A DNA stretch of 60,497 bases from an uncultured Clostridia bacterium (GCA_947624185.1 CANQJG010000001.1:1-60497); one strand, 5' to 3'. Shown: positions 8,659 through 19,406, counted from the first letter of the stretch. Made by a program: numbers and translations. Notes: a model not told the origin generated them from the letters alone.

Positions 8659-11600
8659 TTATTTAAAATATCTAGTTACATTATATTGACCTGATTTTTG
8701 TAATACTATTTCTTTTTCTTCCTTTTCATCTATAACCATTAAATTCTTATTACCTTTTACATATTTTATCGTATATTCTGCATCATAATATTTTAATTTT
8801 ACTTCAAACTTTTTCCAATCTTTTGGTACAGACGGATTAATTGTTAAAACTCCACCTTTTATCTGTATTCCTAGTAAATATTCGATTTGTAGTTTGTATA
8901 GCAATGCACTTGAACCAGTATACCAAGTCCAACCGCCCCTGCCAGCTATGGTTCCTTCTGAACATATATCTGCTTCTACAACATAAGGTTCTACCTTATA
9001 TTTGTCTGCTAAATCTGAAGTTAAAGAGTGTTCTATTGGATTTATCATTTTATACATATTAAATGCTTTTTCATTAAATCCTAGCATTACTTCTGCAATA
9101 ATAAGCCATATTGCGGCATGTGTGTATTGACCACCATTTTCTCGTAAACCTTTTGCATAAGCTGAAATATACCCTAAATCTCTATTCTCAAATGGTGGAG
9201 TCAATAATTTTATTAAATTATTTTCATTGTCCACCAAATAATTTTCTGCACTTTCCAATGCCATATATTTTTTGTCATTATCTCCACATTTTGAAATAAT
9301 AGACCAGCTTTGTGCAATGCTGTCGATTTTGCCTTCATCTAATGTTATACTTCCTACTTCAACGCCTTGGTCATCTATTGCTCTTTTATACCATCTTCCG
9401 TCCCAAGCTGTTGTATTTAATGCTGTTTTCAATTTCTCACAAGTGTTTTCAAATTTTTCCTTGATTTCCTCATAATTCAAATTGTTCACATCTTGTATGA
9501 ATTCTACTTTAGCTTCTTGTTTTTCATTATTGTCATTAATTGCTATTGCTACTTCTTTACTTACTCCTTGTTGTTTTAAGAACTTTGCTTCATAGTCAAT
9601 TAACGGAATAAACCTTGTTAATATATCATACATAAAAAATCCCAACCATACACTTTCGCCTATTTCTTTTTGTCCTACTCTATTCATCCCGTCGTTCCAA
9701 TCGCCTGATTTCATTAGTGGCAAATTATTTTTTCCGAATCTTGATGCATACTCTATTGCTTTTATACAATGCTCAAATATCGTTCCTTTATTTTCATATA
9801 CATCATAGATTCCTACTCTATCTTCTTCATCTGCTCTTAATTCATCTGCTTTCAAATACATTTCTTCTTCATTTAATATGCTCATATCTCCAGTAAAATC
9901 AATATATTCTAGCACTGCATAAGGTAACCATAACAAATCGTCTGAGAACCTTGTTCTTATCCCTAAATTAGAATCTTCATGCCACCAATGTTCTACATCT
10001 CCTTCAAAAAATTGATGCTTACTGCACAATAGTATTTGATTTTTTAGAATATTTATATCTACATATTTTAGTCCTATACTATCTTGTAACTGGTCTCTAA
10101 ATCCATAACCACCACTTGCTTGATAAAATCCTGCTTTTGAATACAACCTTGATGCAATTGTTTGATATGCAAGCCAATTATTTTGTAGAAAATCAAATGA
10201 CTTTGACGGAGTTGAACTTTTTACTTTATTAGTTTGTTCTCTCCAATATTTTTTTGTATTTTCAAATTCTTCTTTATAATTTGCAATATATTTCGTTGCT
10301 TTATCTAAACTTTCCATGTCTGTTTCTTCACAGCCTAAAATGAAAATTAATTCTCTTTCTTCTTCCTGCTCTAGTTTTATCTCTATCTCATTTAATTCAT
10401 TGATTTTTTCACTACTTGTGACATATACATATCCTGACGGATTTTTCAGGTTTTTTATTAAATTCATATTTAGACTTTCTTTATATATTTTTGTTACGAA
10501 TCTTTTATCTTCAATGTTTTCACCTATTTGAAAATCTAAATCATACTTTATCTTTAATAATACTTTTTTATCCAAATTATTTTTTAATTTTATAATACTA
10601 ATTTTGCAACTATCATCAATTGGAACATACTGAGTGCATTGTTGATAAATGCCATTGTTTAAGAAATACTTCACATACCCTAATCCAAAGCAAGTTACAT
10701 AGTCTTGATTGTCTTCTGTACTTCTAAATGTCAGATTCCATGTTTTAATGTGTCTTTTATCATCATCAATTTTACTTAATTTTTCATTGTTTTCTTGCCC
10801 ATACAAACTTATAGTAAATCCTTCTGATGCCTTGTCCATATAACTATCGTTTGAGAAATTTGTTATTCTATTAGTTCTACTGTTTTTATACCATGTAAAT
10901 CCTCCCATAGAATCAGTTACAATACTTCCAAATTTTTTATTTGCTAGTACATTGGACCATGCTACTGGCAATATATTATTTTTATTTTGTATTATCCAAT
11001 ATTCTGAGCCGTCGTTATTGAAACCACCATATCCATTAAACAATTTTAAATCTTTTATTTTTATTATACTCTCTTCCTTGCTTTCAATTATGCTCCTTTC
11101 ACTTTCTATTTTTCTCTTTATGTCGTTTTGTTCTATTTCTCCACTTTGACTGTAACTTTTTTTCATACCATTTTCCATTAATTCTTCTTGGCTTTCACTT
11201 TTTGTTGGATTGTTTTCCATTTCTCCTTCTTGATTGCAGATTTTTGCTTTGTCGTTTTCTGTTACTTCTACTTGACTGTCACTTTCTATTGCATCCTTTT
11301 CCGTTTCGCTACTTGCACTTTCTAGCTCATTAATTTGTTTTTCCAGTAATCCGTTTGTAGCATCAATAACTAAATTGGCTCTTAATTCTAATATTTTCCT
11401 TTCTTCTCTTGGCAAGTTATTCAATACAAAAATTCCACCATTTTGATTTAAATACCTATTCATATTGCTATTTTCAATATCTTCTTCTATATCCACTTTA
11501 GTCGTAATCACAACTTCTACTTTTATATTTTTGCTCAAAAAATATTCATAAGCTTTTAATACTTCTTTAACCACATAATAGTCATTTAAGTCTTTTATAT

Positions 11601-14600
11601 TTACCAGTAATATTGGATAATCTCCTGATATTCCATATTTCCATATTTTCTGATTTGATAAATCTATATTTAAGTTTCTATCATCAATATTTATATTATT
11701 TGGTTCTATTAAAAATTTTAACATTTTTTGATATGTTGATATGTTCTTTCCCTTAATTCCTAAATACCTTGTTTCTGCTTCTGTTTGTACTTTGGACAAT
11801 TCGAATACTCTATCTAAATTATTTACATTTTGATATTCTACCAAATTCTTTAAAGCTTGATTTTCATCATATTCTGCAGAATTTATTAAATATATTTTCT
11901 TTGTTTCTTGAGATTTTACGTTTATTATCCTTCTCAATGCTATAATTGGATTTATTACTGTTCCTTGTTTTTTACTAAATGGCCATGATTTTAGTACTGC
12001 ATCTGGAACACCATGATTTTTTCTACTTACAAACTTTTCTTTATCTATTTCGAATTCTACATTTCCTTCTTCTGCAAATAATGTTGTCACATAGCATGGA
12101 ATCTTTTCATTTTCTATTCTTTTTGCTCTTGTTACGACTAACTTTTCGTCCAGATTTTTAAATCTTAAAAACATATTTTCAAATGCTGGATGTGCTTCAT
12201 ATTGTCTTTTATATACAAGCATTGGTTTGGCTACACTTGTAACTTCCAAGTTCAAATCCTTATTACTTTTATTTGTTAATTTTATTTCCTTGATTTCAAC
12301 TTGCAAATCCGGAGCTATTGTACTTCTTATTTTTATTTTTAATTCATTATCTTCTATTTTGTATTCATTATCATAGCTTGTGAAGGCTGTCTCACGGCTT
12401 TTTCCATTTTTTTCTGTTGTTGCTATTTTATTCTCTGTAATTAATTCGTTATTTTTTCCTACACCAGTTAAATGCCTTACTTTTGAACTATCTATATCTT
12501 TAATATAAATATTATTTTCATCTGTTAATGTAATATCATTTAGTTTATTAGTTTCGGATCCGTTTTGATAATTAATAGTTGTAAAATCTTTTGTTGAGAT
12601 AACATTTAATCCTGTATTTCTTTGAGAATATTCGTCATAAACTTTATATCTTATTTTTTGTGCTTTTTCTTTTATTTCTTTTGTTAAAATTATATTATTT
12701 GGAACATTTTCTTGCAATAATACTTTTATTCCTTCTATCTCAGGGTTTCTCATAAATCTTTTTTGAAAAATATTATTATTTAAGGCATTATTTATCGCTG
12801 CTAAAATCATCCCTTGATGATGTGCCATAAATACCTTTATTACTTCTTTTGTTGGATTATAGTCAATTGCATCATAAAATCCATATTTTCCGGTAGCACC
12901 TTCTTTTTCAAGTCTTTTTAAATTATTTATTGCATCTTTTCTATTTTCTGTTAATGTTAAAAATGTAGAATATGGACTTACCACTATATCTTGATTTAAT
13001 CCCCTTTTTAATCCAAGCCATGGTATTCCGAAAGTTTTATATTGATAATTTCCTTGAAAATCCTTTACGCTAAAAGAGCTTTCTGATATACCCCATGGCA
13101 CTCCTAATTTTGCACCATATTCTTTTTGGCTTAAAATTAATAGCTTGCATGATTCATCTAATAAAGTAGATTCATAAGTTGGAATTATTAAATTTGGCAT
13201 CAAGTATTCAAATGCCGTTCCGCCCCATGATACCAATCCAACATGACCTTTTAGACTGGTTAAAGTCCTTCCTAGCATGCTCCACGCTTTAGTTGGAACA
13301 TCTTTTTTTGCTATTGCAATCAATATAGTCTGTCGTGATTCTGAAGCTAACAAATCATAATATGAATCTATTAATCTATTTTCTTCAACATTGAATCCAA
13401 TTGAAAATAGGCCAATATTTTCATCATATAATTTACTAAAATCAGTATCAGCTATCAATTTATTTATTTTCTCTAACATTGAACTTAGTTTTGTGATTAT
13501 TGGTTTTTCCTTTATTAAATCCAAGCTTTTATTTTCTCTTATTTTACTATCCATTTCTTCATAATTATCATCTTCAGCTATTTTTCTCTTTTTATCGTTG
13601 TTATCTTTACTTTCTTGCATTTCAATTTCTTCAACTAAAAACTGCTTTAACACATACAGATAACCCACAAAATTCCCGCTATCCACAGTAGATACAAAGC
13701 ATGGATACAGTGGTTCTAATTTTTTAGTGTCATACCAATTATACAAGTGTCCGTTCCATTTAGGCAATTTTTCAATTGTACTTATGGTGTTTTCTAACAG
13801 ATCAATTACATACTCTTTACTTTCATACCCCAAATCATAACTTGTGATAATTGATAATATTTGCAATCCGATATTTGTTGATGACGTTCTATATACTAGC
13901 TTATTTCTTCTACTTTCTTGATAATTATCATTTATTAAATAATTGGTCATATTATCTTTGAAATATTTCCACGTCTTTTCTCCAATGTCTAATATATAAT
14001 TTTCATTTTCCTTTGATAGTCTGTAAGTTTGCTCTTTCTCGCCCTTGCCCATTAAATACATTATAAGTGGTGCAAATATCCACAAAAATGCAAAAGGATA
14101 TGGCATTGTGAAAATACCAACAAGCACAGTAAAAATCATTGATAAATAATAATCGCTAATCCCAATATTGGACATATTTTCCGCTTCATTTGCAGTAGTC
14201 CACTCTAACAAATATAAATGCGATATTCTCATCCTATAAATTGATTTTAAAAATGCATTTAACTCTACATTTGCTATATCAGGCAATAGCACTATATCTA
14301 AAATGTATCTATATATTGCCCTTTGTATTTCAGTAAATGTTGGTACAAATAGTTTTTTGTTACACTCTCCCGATTTTTTATTTATAAATAAATCTATTAA
14401 CCTTAATATCATTGGAGTTGCTAGCAATATTAAAGGCACGAAAATGCTTACTGGAGAGCGCATAATCATCCCAATAATTAATGCTGTAAATATAAATAGT
14501 TCGTTTAAATTTCTTACTATATTATCAACTATTTTGTACTTTGATAGAAAATTTAATGAACTCCTTATCCAACTTAATATTTGTATATCGCCCCTAATCC

Positions 14601-16833
14601 ACCTATGTTGCCTGATTTTGTAAGCATTATAGCTAGAAGGAAATCCGTCCATTAAATAAATATCATTTGCAAGTCCAGCTCTTAAAAAATTTCCTTCTAA
14701 TAAATCATGGCTCAATACTTTATTTTCCGGGATTGAATCTTTTAAAACTTCATAAAAAGTTTCTAAATCATATATTCCCTTTCCTGTAAATATTCCTTCA
14801 TCAAAAGTGTCTTGGTAAACATCTGAAACTGCAGTTGAATACAAATCAGTTCCTGAATTACCAGCAAATAATCTTGCAAATAAAGTTTTTCTTCCATTAT
14901 TAATATCCAAATTAACTCTTGGCTGGATTATCCCATGTCCCTTAAATACAATATTTTTAATCTTATCAACTTCAGGCCAATTAAGAATATGACTTATTGC
15001 TCCAATTAGCTTAAATGCACTATCCATTACCAAATTGGTATCTGAATCTATTGTAATCACATATTTTATTTTAGGAATTTTTTTCAAATCACAGTTGTTA
15101 GTTTCAAACTGTGATTTACCAGTCATTAGAAATTCATTGAATTGGTTAAGCATCCCCCTTTTTCTTTCCCAACCCATGTAACATCTTTGCGATTCAGACC
15201 ACTCACGCTTTCTATAAGTGAAGAAAAATATTTCTCCATATTTTTTATTTAGTTTTTTAGACTGTTCTAGCCCTTCTTTTATAATCTCATTATCATAATT
15301 TTCTTTTTGCTTAACACTACTTTTGCAATCTCCTAAAAGAGTAAAAAAAATGTTTGGAGATTTATTAGCAAGATAATATACTTCCATTTTTTTAAACATT
15401 TCTCTTACATCTTCTTTAGATGCTAGAGAAATCGGTGTTACACACATTGTAGCATTTTCTTCATCTATATGATTTTGCAAATTTATTTTTGGAATATGCC
15501 TTTGCTTAACAAGTCTGCTCAAGAAATACTGTATAATCTGCGTTACAGCATTTTGTATTGGTATAAATAATAAAATTGCTACAAATTTTAACCACTTTGA
15601 AGCAATAATCGTTGCTAAAATTGTAAAAAAATAAATTGAAAAAACATACAACTTAGCTTTTGCATCTGATGACATCCTTTTTACCTTTTTGTTAAGTAAC
15701 TTGCCTAATAAAATGTCTTTTCCGTCATCTATAAGATAATATCCGACATGTGACATTTTTTGTTTTCTAATTTTGTTGGTTTTTTCAGTATATCTGTCAT
15801 TGGAAATTTCGTCCTTATGCAATTCATTTTGTTTGCACAAATCTAGTACTGTCTCAGCTATAAATATTTCTGATATTTTAGTCTTTTTAGATATTTCTAA
15901 TATCTTTGATCTGTAATAATCTTTGCTTGTATATTCCATTTTCTGATAAACCCCTGCTGGATCTTGGTTCAAGATTTTTTCAACCACATTTATTTCTTTA
16001 AAAATAGAAATCATGTTCATCCTAGAAATATCTCGCAAGCTAATAATTGCATTTTTTATTGACAATTTTCTAACCGCAATATTAAAATGCTCTCTATTAA
16101 TTACTTCTGATATTGTCATGCCCATTTTATTAACTTGTTCTTCAAAAGCTTGCAAATATGGCATGCCGTCTTTGCCATATCTTTTTAATCGATATGACAT
16201 ATATTCAATAAATGGATATGCACCATTTGCCGAAAATTTTATTTCTTTTTCAGGCTTGTTTTCTATGATTCTTTTAATCATATTATAACCCTTGTATTTT
16301 TCCATTTGAGAAATAAAAATTCTTTCGCAAATATGCCTAATTTTCTCAATAATATTAATTTGCAAGAAAAGTGGAATAGACCAAATTTCTTCCATAGTAA
16401 GATTTTTTTGAGTTTGATATTGAATCAAATAATCTTTTAAATCGCTCTTATTAATCTTTCCGTCTGTATTAGATACGATTTCATTTGTAAGCATGAAAAT
16501 TCTAGCAAAGCCATTTTGAGAAATACCCGGAAGATTAATATATTTTGTTAAAGATAAATCCTTTTCAATAGTTTTTACAGCTTTTTCAATCATGTAAAAA
16601 TTATCCAATATCCACTCTCCAGCTGGATGAATTGGAATCCCAATTTTTATATGCTCATTTAATAAAGTATACACTAACGATATATACTTGCAATTATCTC
16701 GTAATCTTGGTATTGGATATGTGCTTTTTTCAGAAAATTCCTTTACAATATTATCTGATGCAAATTTCGCTAAATATTCTTCTAAATCTTTTTTATTAAG
16801 TACGGAATCTTTTGTGTACAAAATTTTCAACAT
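8659..16833 (-). CDS. cyclic beta-1,2-glucan synthase-like multidomain enzyme (GT84 glycosyltransferase + central alpha/alpha-barrel domain + C-terminal GH94 phosphorylase-like domain)
   Basis: 2724 aa. HPAGEWILDNFYMIE N-terminus, multiple TM helices, GT motifs ITIDSDTNLV and QHRWIRGDIQ. Central TSSTNIGLQILS, VDSGNFVGYLYVL and WGISESSF. GH94-type GGYGFRDQLQDS, HWWHEDSNLGIRTRFSDDLLWLPYAV and SGDWNDGMNRVG. Same domain order as Cgs/NdvB/ChvB. Confidence 0.8.
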   Translation of the reverse strand: MLKILYTKDSVLNKKDLEEYLAKFASDNIVKEFSEKSTYPIPRLRDNCKYISLVYTLLNEHIKIGIPIHPAGEWILDNFYMIEKAVKTIEKDLSLTKYINLPGISQNGFARIFMLTNEIVSNTDGKINKSDLKDYLIQYQTQKNLTMEEIWSIPLFLQINIIEKIRHICERIFISQMEKYKGYNMIKRIIENKPEKEIKFSANGAYPFIEYMSYRLKRYGKDGMPYLQAFEEQVNKMGMTISEVINREHFNIAVRKLSIKNAIISLRDISRMNMISIFKEINVVEKILNQDPAGVYQKMEYTSKDYYRSKILEISKKTKISEIFIAETVLDLCKQNELHKDEISNDRYTEKTNKIRKQKMSHVGYYLIDDGKDILLGKLLNKKVKRMSSDAKAKLYVFSIYFFTILATIIASKWLKFVAILLFIPIQNAVTQIIQYFLSRLVKQRHIPKINLQNHIDEENATMCVTPISLASKEDVREMFKKMEVYYLANKSPNIFFTLLGDCKSSVKQKENYDNEIIKEGLEQSKKLNKKYGEIFFFTYRKREWSESQRCYMGWERKRGMLNQFNEFLMTGKSQFETNNCDLKKIPKIKYVITIDSDTNLVMDSAFKLIGAISHILNWPEVDKIKNIVFKGHGIIQPRVNLDINNGRKTLFARLFAGNSGTDLYSTAVSDVYQDTFDEGIFTGKGIYDLETFYEVLKDSIPENKVLSHDLLEGNFLRAGLANDIYLMDGFPSSYNAYKIRQHRWIRGDIQILSWIRSSLNFLSKYKIVDNIVRNLNELFIFTALIIGMIMRSPVSIFVPLILLATPMILRLIDLFINKKSGECNKKLFVPTFTEIQRAIYRYILDIVLLPDIANVELNAFLKSIYRMRISHLYLLEWTTANEAENMSNIGISDYYLSMIFTVLVGIFTMPYPFAFLWIFAPLIMYLMGKGEKEQTYRLSKENENYILDIGEKTWKYFKDNMTNYLINDNYQESRRNKLVYRTSSTNIGLQILSIITSYDLGYESKEYVIDLLENTISTIEKLPKWNGHLYNWYDTKKLEPLYPCFVSTVDSGNFVGYLYVLKQFLVEEIEMQESKDNNDKKRKIAEDDNYEEMDSKIRENKSLDLIKEKPIITKLSSMLEKINKLIADTDFSKLYDENIGLFSIGFNVEENRLIDSYYDLLASESRQTILIAIAKKDVPTKAWSMLGRTLTSLKGHVGLVSWGGTAFEYLMPNLIIPTYESTLLDESCKLLILSQKEYGAKLGVPWGISESSFSVKDFQGNYQYKTFGIPWLGLKRGLNQDIVVSPYSTFLTLTENRKDAINNLKRLEKEGATGKYGFYDAIDYNPTKEVIKVFMAHHQGMILAAINNALNNNIFQKRFMRNPEIEGIKVLLQENVPNNIILTKEIKEKAQKIRYKVYDEYSQRNTGLNVISTKDFTTINYQNGSETNKLNDITLTDENNIYIKDIDSSKVRHLTGVGKNNELITENKIATTEKNGKSRETAFTSYDNEYKIEDNELKIKIRSTIAPDLQVEIKEIKLTNKSNKDLNLEVTSVAKPMLVYKRQYEAHPAFENMFLRFKNLDEKLVVTRAKRIENEKIPCYVTTLFAEEGNVEFEIDKEKFVSRKNHGVPDAVLKSWPFSKKQGTVINPIIALRRIINVKSQETKKIYLINSAEYDENQALKNLVEYQNVNNLDRVFELSKVQTEAETRYLGIKGKNISTYQKMLKFLIEPNNINIDDRNLNIDLSNQKIWKYGISGDYPILLVNIKDLNDYYVVKEVLKAYEYFLSKNIKVEVVITTKVDIEEDIENSNMNRYLNQNGGIFVLNNLPREERKILELRANLVIDATNGLLEKQINELESASSETEKDAIESDSQVEVTENDKAKICNQEGEMENNPTKSESQEELMENGMKKSYSQSGEIEQNDIKRKIESERSIIESKEESIIKIKDLKLFNGYGGFNNDGSEYWIIQNKNNILPVAWSNVLANKKFGSIVTDSMGGFTWYKNSRTNRITNFSNDSYMDKASEGFTISLYGQENNEKLSKIDDDKRHIKTWNLTFRSTEDNQDYVTCFGLGYVKYFLNNGIYQQCTQYVPIDDSCKISIIKLKNNLDKKVLLKIKYDLDFQIGENIEDKRFVTKIYKESLNMNLIKNLKNPSGYVYVTSSEKINELNEIEIKLEQEEERELIFILGCEETDMESLDKATKYIANYKEEFENTKKYWREQTNKVKSSTPSKSFDFLQNNWLAYQTIASRLYSKAGFYQASGGYGFRDQLQDSIGLKYVDINILKNQILLCSKHQFFEGDVEHWWHEDSNLGIRTRFSDDLLWLPYAVLEYIDFTGDMSILNEEEMYLKADELRADEEDRVGIYDVYENKGTIFEHCIKAIEYASRFGKNNLPLMKSGDWNDGMNRVGQKEIGESVWLGFFMYDILTRFIPLIDYEAKFLKQQGVSKEVAIAINDNNEKQEAKVEFIQDVNNLNYEEIKEKFENTCEKLKTALNTTAWDGRWYKRAIDDQGVEVGSITLDEGKIDSIAQSWSIISKCGDNDKKYMALESAENYLVDNENNLIKLLTPPFENRDLGYISAYAKGLRENGGQYTHAAIWLIIAEVMLGFNEKAFNMYKMINPIEHSLTSDLADKYKVEPYVVEADICSEGTIAGRGGWTWYTGSSALLYKLQIEYLLGIQIKGGVLTINPSVPKDWKKFEVKLKYYDAEYTIKYVKGNKNLMVIDEKEEKEIVLQKSGQYNVTRYFK

Positions 16834-16969
16834 AAAAGTTTTTTACTCCTCTTCAAAGATAACATTTTTCACATATTTTCCCCGATTTGTGGAAAATTTA
16901 TACACAACTGTTAGAATTAAATAGTTTTAAAACTTTTTTACAAAATTTAATGCAATTGTTTAAATTTTG

Positions 16970-16978
16970 TGTTATAAT
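16970..16978 (+). promoter_or_regulatory. extended -10 element TGTTATAAT upstream of the DUF3800 gene
   Basis: TGnTATAAT read at 16970-16978, 44 nt upstream of ATG 17022. The -35 is poor. Confidence 0.35.
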
Positions 16979-17021
16979 TTATGTTAAATATTACCAGCAT
17001 AAACTTGTAAAGGAGATTAAT

Positions 17022-17837
17022 ATGCAAGAAAATATATATAATAACACATACTTTTTCGTAGACGAATCAGGAGATACAACATTTTATAATAGAAAAAGTA
17101 AATGGATTGTTGGAGAAGAAAATGGATCTTCCAAAATATTACTTATGGGATTTATCCGAACTACTGAGCCACAATTTTTAAGGAAAAAAATCAATGAATT
17201 AAAGTATAAAATATTGCACGATGAATATTTAAAAGATATACCTTCTATGAAAAAAACCAAAATAGCATTTCATGCAAAAGACGATTGCCCTGAAGTTAGA
17301 TATAAAGTTTTTACATTATTAAAAGAATTGCCTTTTTCTTGTAATATAGTTGTGGCAAGAAAAACAGAGCATGTATTTAATAAATTTAATGGTAACACTC
17401 AAAAATTATATGATTCATTGATAACAAATTTATTTAAAAATGTATTACATTTATCTAATAATAATTATATTTACATAGCAACTAGGGGAAGTAAAAAAAG
17501 ACAGGAACCATTGGAGCAAGCAATACAAACATCTTTATATTATACTGAAAATAAATTTAATACTACTATTGAATCTACCCAAAAGATTTTACCACAAACA
17601 CCTTCCGGAGAAGTCTGTTTGCAAATTGTAGATTATTGTAATTGGGCAATACAACGAGCTTTTTTACAAAATGATATGAGATATTATAATTTTTTAAAAG
17701 AAAAGTTTGGATTGATTGTTGATTTGTATGATTATAAAAAAGGCTGGAAAAATTTTTATAGCAAGAAAAATCCATTTGATATAAAAAAGATAAGCCCTTT
17801 ACGGCTAGGTATTAAAATACTCACAGCTTGTAGCTGA
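17022..17837 (+). CDS. DUF3800-domain protein
   Basis: N-terminal YFFVDESGDTTF is the DUF3800 hallmark. I prefer ATG 17022 (SD AAAGGAG 7 nt upstream) to the ORF-track start at 16887, which runs through the promoter region. Confidence 0.65.
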   Translation: MQENIYNNTYFFVDESGDTTFYNRKSKWIVGEENGSSKILLMGFIRTTEPQFLRKKINELKYKILHDEYLKDIPSMKKTKIAFHAKDDCPEVRYKVFTLLKELPFSCNIVVARKTEHVFNKFNGNTQKLYDSLITNLFKNVLHLSNNNYIYIATRGSKKRQEPLEQAIQTSLYYTENKFNTTIESTQKILPQTPSGEVCLQIVDYCNWAIQRAFLQNDMRYYNFLKEKFGLIVDLYDYKKGWKNFYSKKNPFDIKKISPLRLGIKILTACS

Positions 17838-18081
17838 CTTTCGCACATAAAGGACTTATTATAAATAAAACTTATTTTTGTTATTATTTTATGTTCTATT
17901 AAATTAATTATACATAAAATAAGTTTGTTTGTCAATTACATTATAAAAAATATTTTTGCTTTTATACAATATTTTTCCAAATTACAGAAGATTAATATAT
18001 AACAATTTTTTAATCGCAATCATAAAATACATTTCCATACATAATAATTACTAATACAAAATTATTAATTAAGGATTGTTT

Positions 18082-18780
18082 ATGAAGGAAAGATTTTCTC
18101 TAATTGCCGTTTGTTTATTAATTTCAATTGCATTTGCGAATTTCAGTGCACATTCAGACGTTCAACTTGTTGAAACGATGACACTTCCGGTTTCTAATAA
18201 AATTATTGTTTTAGATGCTGGACATGGAACACCTGATGAAGGGGCTACCAGTACTAATGGGACATCTGAAGCACAGATAAATTTAAATATTACATTAAAA
18301 CTTCAAAAGTTGCTGGAAAGTAGTGGAGCAACAGTCATTTTAACACGTTATGATGAAAATGCAATATATGAATTGGATTCTAAAACTATTACTCAGAAAA
18401 AGGTTTCAGATATAAAAAACAGAGTGAAGATTGGAAACGAATCTTCTGCTGATATATTTGTTTCAATACATTTAAACAAAATTCCTGAGAAACAATACTA
18501 TGGTTGGCAAACCTTTTACAAAGAAGGAAATGAAAATTCTAAAAATCTTGCAACATCCATACAAAATAATTTAAATTCAACAATAAATACCCCTAACAAC
18601 AGAGTGCCTTTAATTCTCAACAATATTTATATTATGAAACATATTGAAATACCAATTGCATTGGTTGAGTGTGGTTTTCTTTCAAATGATAATGAAGAAT
18701 CTCTTCTAATCACAGATGAATATCAAGATAAGCTTGCTTGGGGCATATATAATGGAATAATGGACTATTTTAATCAATAG
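18082..18780 (+). CDS. cwlD: N-acetylmuramoyl-L-alanine amidase, CwlD-type (germination-specific)
   Basis: Signal/TM segment, then VLDAGHGTPDEGA, FVSIHLN and ALVECGFLSN (amidase_3 zinc ligands). About 230 aa, single domain, like CwlD. Confidence 0.75.
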   Translation: MKERFSLIAVCLLISIAFANFSAHSDVQLVETMTLPVSNKIIVLDAGHGTPDEGATSTNGTSEAQINLNITLKLQKLLESSGATVILTRYDENAIYELDSKTITQKKVSDIKNRVKIGNESSADIFVSIHLNKIPEKQYYGWQTFYKEGNENSKNLATSIQNNLNSTINTPNNRVPLILNNIYIMKHIEIPIALVECGFLSNDNEESLLITDEYQDKLAWGIYNGIMDYFNQ

Positions 18781-18870
18781 CCCATTATTTTATTAATTTA
18801 TTATTTCTATTAATCCATTGTTTTTATTAATCTATTATTTTTATAATATATTTCTTTTTATAATAAATCC

Positions 18871-18890
18871 CCAACTCGTGTATGAGTTGG
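18871..18890. terminator. hairpin CCAACTC-GTGTAT-GAGTTGG between convergent cwlD and the 122-aa ORF
   Basis: 7-bp GC-containing stem read directly. On the minus strand it is followed by GGATTTATTAT. Confidence 0.45.
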
Positions 18891-18903
18891 AGATCTATTA
18901 CCA

Positions 18904-19272
18904 CTACTTTACAAAGACTTCTAATAGGATTCCTGTAGAATCCCAAAATACTGCGGAACGATTGAGATCCACTTCATAACCATCTTCGTTTTCAATAACT
19001 TCCTTCAATTTTGAAAAAATTTCAATCTTATTGAATTTTTTAAGTGGTTCTGATAGGTCATAAATCGAATACACCTTATATTCGCTACCATAAATGTTTC
19101 TCAACTTTTTCTCTCCCTTAAACAGGCAAATCTTTGTTGAGTCTAAATATCCCTTTTTGGTATCTAAATCAATTAGATCCAAAATCCAATCAAAGATTCC
19201 TTCAGCTACAACTGTAAGATCATGTTGCCTTCTTTCAATCCGCCTTTGACGGACTTCTTGAGCCTTTGTCAT
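18904..19272 (-). CDS. hypothetical protein, 122 aa, no family recognised
   Basis: ORF with SD AAGGAGGAG and a consensus promoter upstream. Visibly more G+C-rich than its neighbours. Basic N-terminus MTKAQEVRQRRIERRQHDL. Confidence 0.6.
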   Translation of the reverse strand: MTKAQEVRQRRIERRQHDLTVVAEGIFDWILDLIDLDTKKGYLDSTKICLFKGEKKLRNIYGSEYKVYSIYDLSEPLKKFNKIEIFSKLKEVIENEDGYEVDLNRSAVFWDSTGILLEVFVK

Positions 19273-19352
19273 AGTAACTCCTCCTTATAATTATTCGGTG
19301 GATATACCCGCCGTAATTTTTGGTTTCCTTTGGGTCCAAATGAATTAGATAG

Positions 19353-19381
19353 ATTATATCAAATTTATAACATAATTGCAA
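19353..19381 (-). promoter_or_regulatory. near-consensus sigma-A promoter TTGCAA-17-TATAAT of the 122-aa ORF
   Basis: Minus strand: TTGCAA (19376-19381), 17-nt spacer, TATAAT (19353-19358). The ~75-nt leader contains the hairpin CGGCGGGTATATCCACCG (19299-19316). Confidence 0.5.
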
Positions 19382-19406
19382 GTATATTAATCATATTTAG
19401 GTTTTG

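Noticed and set aside
16887-17021. ORF-track N-terminal extension of the DUF3800 gene
   Set aside because: It overlaps the extended -10 and has no SD. ATG 17022 has AAAGGAG upstream and places the FVDESG motif at the usual N-terminal position.
18036-18043. CATACATA as a sigma-E/K-type -10 upstream of cwlD
   Set aside because: It is only a 7-of-8 match, I could not place a convincing -35 at the right spacing, and the region is AT-rich.
19299-19325. Hairpin CGGTGGATATACCCGCCG + TAATTTTT as a plus-strand terminator
   Set aside because: No plus-strand gene or promoter lies upstream. It sits in the 5' leader of the minus-strand 122-aa ORF, so it is more likely a leader structure.
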